This document shows positions 11,576-20,547 of a stretch of 64,000 nucleotides of DNA, piece after piece. How positions within the stretch are numbered: position 1 is the stretch's first letter; every line of letters starts with the position of its first letter. Source of the DNA: an uncultured virus (IMG/VR IMGVR_UViG_3300048609_000030) (taxonomy: Duplodnaviria > Heunggongvirae > Uroviricota > Caudoviricetes); IMG/VR virus record IMGVR_UViG_3300048609_000030; one strand, given 5' to 3'. The notes under the pieces are model-generated. The model did not search any database. It saw nothing but the letters and a program-made list of their open reading frames with translations, and was not told the DNA's origin. Position numbers and translations under genes: made by a program.

Positions 11576-13921
11576 ATGAAGACAAAAGACAAGTATGCAG
11601 TGTTTCCGCGTTTCACCGCAGGTGAAGCTGGTGCGGCCGATCGCGAGACAGCTCTTCACGTCTTACAGGCTGAACAAACACACATCGACAACGCTCTCAG
11701 TGGGGGACTTGGTGCCGCCGCGCGTGCCCAGGTAAAGCTACAAGGCACGCGGTTCATCGTCGTCTCTATGCGATCAGCCAAACAGGGATGGAGAGTCACT
11801 GACCTGATGGACCACACTCGTCACTTGTGGCCACACCGGCTCAAGTGTCCAACGTGTACGACAAGTTGTAAATGTCGGCACGGCAAAATCGTGCCGCATG
11901 ATCATGAGGGCACGCCATGCGACGGTGGTGACCACTACGTCGGGCACGAACTGGATGCAGCTATTATCTCGGCCGCTGAGACGTACGGTGCGGAGCAGCC
12001 GACCCAAAACGCTGACATCGTGATGAAAGCCTTGGGAAAAGGTGCAGCGTACCGCAACAAGCTCACCGAAATCGAACGAGAACGGCGTGAGCGAGAGGCC
12101 ACCCTACTCAACGCGGTAGGTGATGTGGCAATCATCAACGAACAGATCAAGGCGCTCGAAGACGAACAAGAGGTGTTGCAGAAGCGGATGAAGCAAGCGA
12201 AAAGCGGCAAAACGAAAGCCGAGCGATCAGAGCCTGATCCAGCTGACGTTCAACGTGCCCGCGCTATCAAGGAGTTGTTGAAGCCTCTTCGAGCACGACG
12301 CAAAGAGATCCGTACCCACGTTAGAAGCGCCGTCGTCCAGGACGAGATCAAGGTGATTCAGGATACGTACAAGGAGGAATATCGAGAAGCGCGCGCGAAG
12401 CGTGATGTGTATTGGGGCACAGGCGGAATCGTTGAAGAAGCAGCAGACCAAAGCTTCAAAACAGTCAAGAAGGGGCCTCCCAAGTTTGTTCCCTTCAGGG
12501 GACAAGGTGCAATTGCTGTACAGATTCAACATGGTGTTCCGTGGCGGGACCTGTTTGGCACCACCAACCAACAAGTCCGTATCGATCCGATAGATCCTAG
12601 CGCGTGGACTGGTTCTCGGGCTGTACGACGGCGTGCTTGCAAAACTGTGATGCATCTTCGTGTCTCGTCGGACGCGGACCGCAAACCAGTTTGGGCATCT
12701 TTTCCTTTCTGGATGCACCGCCCACCACCAGACCGCGCGGTCGTGAAAAAGATCAAGGCGATACGACGCCGCGACGGTCACCGTTTTCGTTGGAGTATTG
12801 TCGTCACGTACGATGTGCCCCGCGACGATGTTGTGCATACGGACGTACCAGACAACCGTGCCGAGTGGGTTGGAATCGATGTTGGGTGGCGCGCGTTCCG
12901 TGAGGACAAGGCTACGTCCCAAGATCGTCCGCAGTGGACAGAAGACGACAAGCTGACGCGAGAAGAAGGTGTTACCTACGCTACTGCGTGTCGGCTGGCT
13001 GACGTCGGACGGTTGGAAAAGGCATTCAATTTGTTGGCCTCGAATCCTAAAGCGTTGAAGCGCCTAAAGGCTAGGATGTCGGGGCCACACTCTATCCGTG
13101 TCGCTTGTTGGCACGGATCTGATGGCGCAAGTGGAGAGCTGGTCCTCGACCCTAGTTACAGTCGTGCTAGAAAGCGTATGGAGGACTTGGAGTCGACGAC
13201 GAAGAAAAACTTCAATGAATGCGTGCCCAAGATTGTTGCTTGGCTCGAACAGAATCCAGTCTCAAGTAACTTCCTAATCGCTGTCAAACCGCTTTTCCGT
13301 ACAGCAGGTGACTCTAAACCCGATGCTGCACCGTTTACTCAAGAAGTGATGACAGCTCGGCTCAAGGAGTGGGAGGCACCTTCACGCCTTCACGTGCTTC
13401 GAGACTTGTGGTATTACTTTGTGATCGACAATGATGAAGAGGTTTGGCAGGTGTTGAATGATTGGCATCACCAAGACAAACACCTCGTCGATTGGATACG
13501 AAGCCTGAAAAGGAAGGCACGCGGTCGGCGGCGAGAGTTGTACCGATTGTTCGCTGCTGAGATGGGCCGCAAGTACAAAATCTTCTACATCGAGGATTTT
13601 GAACTACCTGATGTCATAGAGAAGCCGCCTGTCGAGGAAGAGAAAGAACACCGTAACAAGCTGGCAGAGCAAAACCGCCGCACTGCTGGCGTCAGCGTCC
13701 TTCGTGACGCACTCAAGAACGTTGGTCGCACGTGTGTAGTAGAATACATTGCTGTAGCCGCCAACGAGACTACACGGCAGTGTGCAGAGTGTGGTAGCAT
13801 CGAGACGTGGGATCAGGCTAAATACGTAATGCACACTTGCAGTGGGTGTGGAGCAACGTGGGACCAAGACTTCAACGCCGGCAAGAACATCGGCGAACGT
13901 GGTGCCAGCTCCACTAATTAG
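11576..13921 (+). CDS. cas12: Type V CRISPR effector, TnpB-derived, Cas12m/V-U1-like, with N-terminal Zn-finger extension
   Basis: RuvC-I VGIDVGWR (D435), RuvC-II IEDF (E673), CAEC/CSGC Zn ribbon (C736-C758), RuvC-III WDQDFNAGKNI (D765); YG..P..YRNKLTEIER and GAIAVQIQ resemble V-U1 motifs; 176 bp upstream of a CRISPR array. Confidence 0.9.
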   Translation: MKTKDKYAVFPRFTAGEAGAADRETALHVLQAEQTHIDNALSGGLGAAARAQVKLQGTRFIVVSMRSAKQGWRVTDLMDHTRHLWPHRLKCPTCTTSCKCRHGKIVPHDHEGTPCDGGDHYVGHELDAAIISAAETYGAEQPTQNADIVMKALGKGAAYRNKLTEIERERREREATLLNAVGDVAIINEQIKALEDEQEVLQKRMKQAKSGKTKAERSEPDPADVQRARAIKELLKPLRARRKEIRTHVRSAVVQDEIKVIQDTYKEEYREARAKRDVYWGTGGIVEEAADQSFKTVKKGPPKFVPFRGQGAIAVQIQHGVPWRDLFGTTNQQVRIDPIDPSAWTGSRAVRRRACKTVMHLRVSSDADRKPVWASFPFWMHRPPPDRAVVKKIKAIRRRDGHRFRWSIVVTYDVPRDDVVHTDVPDNRAEWVGIDVGWRAFREDKATSQDRPQWTEDDKLTREEGVTYATACRLADVGRLEKAFNLLASNPKALKRLKARMSGPHSIRVACWHGSDGASGELVLDPSYSRARKRMEDLESTTKKNFNECVPKIVAWLEQNPVSSNFLIAVKPLFRTAGDSKPDAAPFTQEVMTARLKEWEAPSRLHVLRDLWYYFVIDNDEEVWQVLNDWHHQDKHLVDWIRSLKRKARGRRRELYRLFAAEMGRKYKIFYIEDFELPDVIEKPPVEEEKEHRNKLAEQNRRTAGVSVLRDALKNVGRTCVVEYIAVAANETTRQCAECGSIETWDQAKYVMHTCSGCGATWDQDFNAGKNIGERGASSTN

Positions 13922-14097
13922 CACCACCCTTTGATAATTGAATAGTTGTAGGCATCAACCGCTGCGAGCGGTTCGGTGATAGCGATATTGTGTGACAATG
14001 ATATCGACATCATACACACCGTACAAGCAGAGACCCATCGAACCGCTCGCATTAAGCACAGTAACAACGCGAAACTATTTCAGAAATAGCGCTGGCC
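13922..14097 (+). promoter_or_regulatory. CRISPR leader with 13-bp inverted repeat
   Basis: Non-coding and relatively AT-rich; TGCGAGCGGTTCG (13963-13975) / CGAACCGCTCGCA (14039-14051); next to the best-conserved repeats. Confidence 0.8.
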
Positions 14098-17000
14098 GGA
14101 TCAACTACTGCTCAACGCTTTACCTGTTGAGACGACACGGATCCGGTGGCGTTCGACGTGGACAAGCTGGATCAACTACTGCTCAACGCTTTACCTGTTG
14201 AGACAGATCATTGTCATCGGTATATGTACCCCATCCAAGGGATCAACTACTGCTCAACGCTTTACCTGTTGAGACACGTACGCATGCACGCCGATAGTCA
14301 CGTTGTCGCAGGGATCAACCACTGCTCAACGCTTTGCTTGTTGAGACGACCAGGGGCCAACAATGGCGTCGGCTTCGACCGAGGATCAACCACTGCTCAA
14401 CGCCTTACCTGTTGAGACCTTTGTATGTGTTGAGCATCCGCAGCTCGAAGACAGGGGATCAACCAGACAGAACCTCTTACCACTCACCCGCTGGGAGGTT
14501 GAGCGGGATCAACTGCTGCTCAACGCCTTACCTGTTGAGACGCAAACTACGGTCACGCTGGGCCGGCATTCGTCGTTGGGGATCAACCACTGCTCAACGC
14601 CTTACCTGTTGAGACTTGTCACGATCCTCGTGACCCCTGGCCCTTGGACCGAGGGATCAACCACTGCTCAACGCCTTACCTGTTGAGACGGGCAGCGCCG
14701 GGGAATTTGTCCCTGGTCTACCACACAGGATCAACCACTGCTCAACGCCTTACCTGTTGAGACGCGAAGCTGCTGGGCAAGTACGTCCTTCTTCATCGAG
14801 GATCAACCACTGCTCAACGCTTTACCTGTTGAGACTGGCGGAATGTGGATCTCTACCGCAATGTCCTCCATGGATCAACGTTGCTCAACGCTTTACTTGT
14901 TGAGACATGCTGAGTTGGGGCAAGCCACTTGACGCGAAGGTAGGATCAACTGCTGCTCAACGCCTTACCTGTTGAGACCTAGCGAGTTCATCACAGTGAA
15001 CCCGTCGATGAGGCGGGATCAACTGCTGCTCAACGCCTTACCTGTTGAGACGCTTCTGAGGTTGGGGGTTGGCGGTGAGTGACCAAGGGGATCAACTACT
15101 GCTCAACGCCTTACCTGTTGAGACGCGAGTTCACGGTCCTTCGCCACGAGCTGGCGCTTTACTTGTTGAGACGCGGCACGCGATACGTCGACGAGCGAGA
15201 CCGGATCAACCACTGCTCAACGCCTTACTTGTTGAGACCGACTATTCGACGGACCCTGTAGCTGAGTTGTCTCTAGATCAACTACTGCTCAACGCCTTAC
15301 TTGTTGAGACAAGACAGCAACGCGCCTGATCTCTACAACACCATCAAGATCAACTACTGCTTAACGCCTTACTGCCCTGTGGATCAACTACTGCTCAACG
15401 CTTTACCTGTTGAGACGTCGTAGGCGAACCTGCTACCAAGTCCAACCGATACAGGATCAACCGCTGCTCAACGCTTTACCTGTTGAGACATCTCCCATGT
15501 TCTGAAGTGCCGGACTGTGCAGTCGGAGGATCAACTACTGCTCAACGCTTTACCTGTTGAGACAGAAGAAGGGGACTATCTGCTCGAATGCATACGGCTC
15601 GGATCAACTACTGCTCAACGCTTTACTTGTTGAGACAGGGGACCTCCGCAGACACCTGCGCACCCTGACGACGGATCAACTACTGCTCAACGCCTTGTAT
15701 ATGTTGAGATCTCCTGTCTTGCGGCGTCGGCTGAAACAACTGTTCAACACCTTGTTGACTCAACGCTTTACTGTTGCTCAACGCTTTACCTGTTGAGACG
15801 TAGGATGCGCCGGTACTCGTCCATCTTGACATCGGGGATCACTGTTGCTCAACGCTTTACCTGTTGAGACGAGCGCATGAATTGGGTCGCCGAGTATTGG
15901 GGCGCCGGATCAACTTTACCTGTTGAAACATCGTCATGGACCAGCGCGGTTTCGGATCAAGCACTACTCAACGTTTTACCTGTTGAGACACCCAAAGGCT
16001 ACGCGGTCAGTCACTGCAAAAGCAGGGATCAACCACTGCTCAACGCCTTACTTGTTGAGACGCGATCGAGTAGGGCGGATCGGCGACGACTAGGTCGGAT
16101 CAACCACTGCTCAACGTTTTACTTGTTGAGACAGCCAACCCCAATCCCTCCAAAGGCGGACGACCGCAGGATCAACCACTGCTCAACGCCTTACTTGTTG
16201 AGACCAGCACGGTTTGGCGACGAGAAGACCGGCAGGGCCGAGGATCAACCACTGCTCAACGCCTTACTTGTTGAGACATCACCGAATCGCGCCCACCACT
16301 GCTCAACTGCTTTACCTGTTGAGACGATTGCCTCCTTGGCGGCTTTAAACTCCGACTGCTCAACGCTTTACCTGTTGAGACCCGAAAGAGGAGCAGCTAT
16401 CCGACACACTTCCCGACGGATCAACTACTGCTCAACGCCTTACCTGTTGAGATAGATGATCACACGCCGCAACCTCTAGGAGAGCGTGTAGATTAACCAC
16501 TGCTCAACGCCTTACCTGTTGAGACATGCAGAGTGAAGGGGATCGCCTCTGCGACACCTGTGGATCAACCACTGCTCAACGCCTTACCTGTTGAGACTAC
16601 GCGCGGCTCCTGCTGATCTAGTTGTCACACCAGATCAACTACTAGCAGGTATCGGTACGGTGGTGGATCAACAACTGCTCAACGCCCTTAAGTTGAGACG
16701 GCTCATCGAAGACGCACGTTCAACAACCACTCAACGTTCTATCTGTTGAGACACCTTGACGGGCTCGCAGCTAGTTAGTACCTGTCGAGATAAACAGTCA
16801 CAACTGCTCAACGTCCTACTAGTTGAGACCGGTTCCGCTCAGGTTGTGAGTGAAATTGAGAGGATCAACAACCACTCGACGCCCTACCTGTCGAGACACC
16901 AACCGCCGCACTCAAACGAGAGCCTGGCAGACGGACTACGAATCGAGATCGTCGTCAACTTTGAGCAAACAGCTGCTCGACGCTTTACAAGTCGAGATGA

Positions 17001-17168
17001 ATCGCATATAGGATTGACACTTGCTCGACAGCCTACAAGTCGAGACCAGCGCAAGAAACCGCGGCAGGTCGATAGGTTTGGGATCAACACTTACTCGACG
17101 GCTTAGGTCGAGACGACTCGTTGTTTCGCCGATGATTAATGCTTGCTCGACGGCTTACAAGTCGAGAA
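14098..17168 (+). CRISPR. CRISPR array, ~45-48 repeats including partial/degenerate copies; 36-nt repeat GGATCAACYACTGCTCAACGCYTTACCTGTTGAGAC; intact spacers mostly 35-39 nt
   Basis: Repeats read at 14098, 14169, 14240, 14312, 14383, 14506, 14580, 14653, 14728, 14800 ... 16562, 16665, 16862, 17011, 17081; unique spacers; degeneracy rises away from the cas gene; hairpin CTCAAC/GTTGAG. Confidence 0.98.
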
Positions 17169-17243
17169 TGTTGCGAGGCGGCCGTATCCACAACAGACTG
17201 ATGCCTACAACTATCCTACAACCTAGGAAAGGGTCCTTTATTC

Positions 17244-17870
17244 ATGAAGATAGTTGAACCGTCTGCCACACTACTTTGGGCAACGCCTGTCCCAGTTGCT
17301 ATCATCGAGCAAATTGGACGTGTCTGTTACAAGTCTGAAGACTGTATTACAGAGGAAAGTGCTGTTGCGTTTGTTCGTATGTTGCTTACGCGTAAGCACG
17401 AAGCGATGATAGAACACGCCTCGGCTTCGATCCATTTTGTAACTGATCGCGGCATCAGTCACGAGATTGTTAGGCATCGTTTAGCGTCATACGCACAGGA
17501 ATCGACGCGATACTGCAACTATTCTAAGGAGAAGTTCGGGCGTGAGATAACAGTAGTGCGTCCATCGTCGGTTGAAGGGGATTCCTCACGTAAAGCGGCG
17601 TGGGAACGTGCGTGCACGGATGCAGAGGCTGCATACTTTCGATTGCTTGACGCTGGTGTGACAGCCCAAATTGCGCGGTCAGTACTGCCAACCTGCCTCA
17701 AGACCGAGATTGTCATGACAACCAACCTCCGGGAGTGGCGGCACTTCCTCGGGCTCCGTCTAGCCAAGGACGCACATCCAGACATGCGACGTATCGCACG
17801 CCTTGCACAACAGATTTTGAGAGGATTAGCTCCTGTAGTCTTCGATCAGTTTGATGAAGTAGCTGAGTGA
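17244..17870 (+). CDS. thyX: FAD-dependent thymidylate synthase
   Basis: RVCYKS, HEAMIEH, RHRLASYAQESTRY (RHRx7S motif), ARSVLP, NLREWRHF, AHP. Confidence 0.95.
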   Translation: MKIVEPSATLLWATPVPVAIIEQIGRVCYKSEDCITEESAVAFVRMLLTRKHEAMIEHASASIHFVTDRGISHEIVRHRLASYAQESTRYCNYSKEKFGREITVVRPSSVEGDSSRKAAWERACTDAEAAYFRLLDAGVTAQIARSVLPTCLKTEIVMTTNLREWRHFLGLRLAKDAHPDMRRIARLAQQILRGLAPVVFDQFDEVAE

Positions 17871-17984
17871 TGTTGTACCCTACCCGCAAGGCTTATCTGT
17901 ACATCTACCGTCAATTGTCGTGGTACAACCCGCGTCGTTGGTGGCTCCGTTGGAAGTGGCGTAAACGATTGTGTCAAGAACAAC

Positions 17985-18530
17985 ATGAAGGCTGAAAAGG
18001 GACTAGGATCAGAGTTCTGGGAAGGTGCCGTTGCGCGTGCGGATCTTGCCGTAGAGAAATATGGACACCACGACACTGTTGAATTCACACTTTGTCGTTT
18101 GGTGGAAGAGGTTGGAGAACTAGTGCAAGCAGCAACCAGCAGGTCAAAGGAGCGTGACGTTGATCGCGGCCCTCGCATTCTTGATGAGGCCACAGACGTA
18201 GTCGCAATGGTGATTCGACTACTTCGCGAATGGCCTGAAGGGCGCATATCAGAACCGATTTTTGACATACCTACGCCAACTAGGGTTAAGAAGGTAGACA
18301 TCGTTTTCATAATCAACGGTGATAACGTTCCTGTAGACGCCGCCGCTGATACTTTCCTCGCAGTTGCGTGCACCCAAGCGCTTGTAAAATCAAACTACCA
18401 TACAGCGCCAGAAGGGTTTAAGTGGGTAGTAAGCGACGAGCGCGGTGTTGTACTCCCAATTGATACGAAGATTGAAAATTTTCATGATGGTGTGCGTCTT
18501 TGGTTGCATCTAAGAAGTACAAAACAGTAG
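17985..18530 (+). CDS. MazG-like NTP pyrophosphohydrolase with C-terminal extra domain
   Basis: LVEEVGELVQA...DEATDV (ExxE...ExxD). Confidence 0.75.
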   Translation: MKAEKGLGSEFWEGAVARADLAVEKYGHHDTVEFTLCRLVEEVGELVQAATSRSKERDVDRGPRILDEATDVVAMVIRLLREWPEGRISEPIFDIPTPTRVKKVDIVFIINGDNVPVDAAADTFLAVACTQALVKSNYHTAPEGFKWVVSDERGVVLPIDTKIENFHDGVRLWLHLRSTKQ

Positions 18531-19528
18531 CCCAAATAGTCAACAAGACTTGGTATACTGACGACGTGCTTGTTGCTACCTATCTAAGTAATCCTAGTCT
18601 CGGACATCAAGATGTCCACGCGGAGGCTGACCGACTCTTTCAGTCAGTCCCTACGACCACGTACGACAAGTGGTCGGTTACTGATGCCCACAACACCGCC
18701 AAGCTTCTTCTCTACTTCTACAAGAACCTAGCCTCTCCAAACGGTTGTGAAGAGTTTCTTTGTGTTGGTCAGACGTGTGTTGGGCCAGGTGCCAAGATCT
18801 GTAACCCGTCGACGCGGCTCAAACTGACCAACAGCCTCGGTCAGTACCTGTCGATGTGGCAGCCTGCGTACGAAGAGCAATACGTCGAAGATGTCATCGG
18901 GCCTGATCGGATGCTCTACTACGAGGCTCTTACACGCGAGGCTAAGGACGAGATACGAGGACGTGCTGCGTACTGGGCAGGCATGATACCTGTTTGGGAC
19001 GTCCGTCCCATCTCAGGTCAACCAGGCAAGTACGTGTCGTTTACGGTTGAGGGTTTGCTTGCCGTTGCGTTGCGTAACCCGCCGATAGGCTACACCGCAG
19101 CGTTCATGTCCTCAGCCACAAGCGTACTCTCGGCTTTGAACTCACTGCAGCAAGTCATCACCGAGAAGACGCCGGTATCGATTCGTAGCGATGTTCTTCG
19201 GGCGATGCGTCAGATAACAGGAACAGAGCCCCGCCTGATTTTGGCTAGTGAGATACCTGGTCCTTACACAAACAAGGAAAAGTCGAACATCTTCTACGGT
19301 GCACAGTCTGTGAAAGCTCACATGACGAGCCTTCCAGATCCACCGCCTGTCCCGCCGCCGATTCCAGATCCTTGGTTGCCGACAAAGAATGATGTCCCTG
19401 TTCCTGGTCCTTATCCACCTGATCATACAAAAACAAGTCGAAAGCGTGTGGCGCTGGCTGGTCTTGGTGTTGCTACAATGCTACTCTCAATTGGGACAAT
19501 GATATGGGCAACATCTACCGAAAAGTGA
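18500..19528 (+). CDS. Hypothetical protein with Pro-rich linker and C-terminal TM (start uncertain)
   Basis: PPPVPPPIP linker then VALAGLGVATMLLSIGTMIW. Confidence 0.6.
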   Translation: MVASKKYKTVAQIVNKTWYTDDVLVATYLSNPSLGHQDVHAEADRLFQSVPTTTYDKWSVTDAHNTAKLLLYFYKNLASPNGCEEFLCVGQTCVGPGAKICNPSTRLKLTNSLGQYLSMWQPAYEEQYVEDVIGPDRMLYYEALTREAKDEIRGRAAYWAGMIPVWDVRPISGQPGKYVSFTVEGLLAVALRNPPIGYTAAFMSSATSVLSALNSLQQVITEKTPVSIRSDVLRAMRQITGTEPRLILASEIPGPYTNKEKSNIFYGAQSVKAHMTSLPDPPPVPPPIPDPWLPTKNDVPVPGPYPPDHTKTSRKRVALAGLGVATMLLSIGTMIWATSTEK

Positions 19529-19953
19529 CAATCTTCGGTCTTACAACCGAAGCAAAGCGTCTTGGTGGTGTGACAAACATTGAGGCGCTTATCGACCACG
19601 GTGCGTCAATGACGGTGATATCAACACGCCTAGCACGACGCTTAAAGGGTAGACTCCTCAAGGGTATGAAAGTCCCTATCGAAGGGCGTAAGGTACCTGT
19701 AAAGCTTACCGCATTAACGCTTCATGCTGAGGGTTGTGGAGAGCGGCCTCTTGTTGTCGCTGTCGACGATGATCTTGTAGGTCGAGCTGGAACAAATCAT
19801 GTTGGAGCCCCGACCGAAATCATCCTCGGGCATGATTATCTAGAAGGAGAACGAGTCGGAGCGCGCTACACAGAACGTGGAGACGATGTCGTTTGTCACG
19901 CAGCGCCGCTTGCTAGTTTGGCGGGCGTAACTAAAACGCGGCGTCGTAAATAG
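19504..19953 (+). CDS. Retropepsin-like aspartic protease (atypical DHG)
   Basis: ALIDHGASMTVIS (cf. ALxDTGAxxTxIS) and IILGHDYL (cf. ILGxDxL). Confidence 0.7.
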   Translation: MGNIYRKVTIFGLTTEAKRLGGVTNIEALIDHGASMTVISTRLARRLKGRLLKGMKVPIEGRKVPVKLTALTLHAEGCGERPLVVAVDDDLVGRAGTNHVGAPTEIILGHDYLEGERVGARYTERGDDVVCHAAPLASLAGVTKTRRRK

Positions 19954-19990
19954 CGTGTTGGACACAGACCTTAGTAGCTTTTGAGCTGCC

Positions 19991-20530
19991 ATGTCGCCGG
20001 ATGAGAAGAAGGTCTATCGTGATTTTGGGAAGGATTGGATGGATGACGCTGAATACTTTCGGAGGCAGCGTGCTGTAGGACAAAGCTTCCAAGAGTGTGT
20101 CGCGACACACCTACGTGCTCAGGGTGTTGACCCAATCGTGTCTTACAATGACGGCTTTCGCGCCTCAGTAGCAGAGATCCAACGATACACCCGCGAGTCC
20201 AAAGACCTTCTGATCCGAGGGCACCACTTTGAGGTTAAGTCGCGAGCGGTACAGTTCACCTCTCCAGATGATTGGCCCCGCAATTACTGGCCGATGTTTC
20301 TTGACACTGTTGACGGACTCAACGCTAAGAACGTTGAACCGACCGGTTACATTTTTATCTCACAGAAGACGTACGCGATCATGGGCGTCCTGCTGAAGTC
20401 CATAAAAGACTGGTCAATTGAAAAGAGGTTCGACAACCAACGAGGCTTTGCGGAGAACTTTTACTGCATCCCTCGTAGTTGTGTGCTGAGTGAACCGGAG
20501 TTGGTTCAGGTTCTCCAAGCACTTCAATGA
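19991..20530 (+). CDS. PD-(D/E)XK-family nuclease-like protein
   Basis: DLLIRGHHFEVKSR. Confidence 0.65.
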   Translation: MSPDEKKVYRDFGKDWMDDAEYFRRQRAVGQSFQECVATHLRAQGVDPIVSYNDGFRASVAEIQRYTRESKDLLIRGHHFEVKSRAVQFTSPDDWPRNYWPMFLDTVDGLNAKNVEPTGYIFISQKTYAIMGVLLKSIKDWSIEKRFDNQRGFAENFYCIPRSCVLSEPELVQVLQALQ

Positions 20531-20547
20531 AAACAGGTAAGATCTAA

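Noticed and set aside
11576..13921. Plain IS605 TnpB transposon
   Set aside because: About twice the usual TnpB size, no TnpA or IS ends seen, and directly linked to a leader and array
13922..14097. tracrRNA anti-repeat
   Set aside because: No extended complementarity to the repeat found by eye, here or after the array
13992..17257. ORFs predicted across the array (repeating DQLLLNALPVET / INHCSTPYLLR)
   Set aside because: These are translations of CRISPR repeats, not genes
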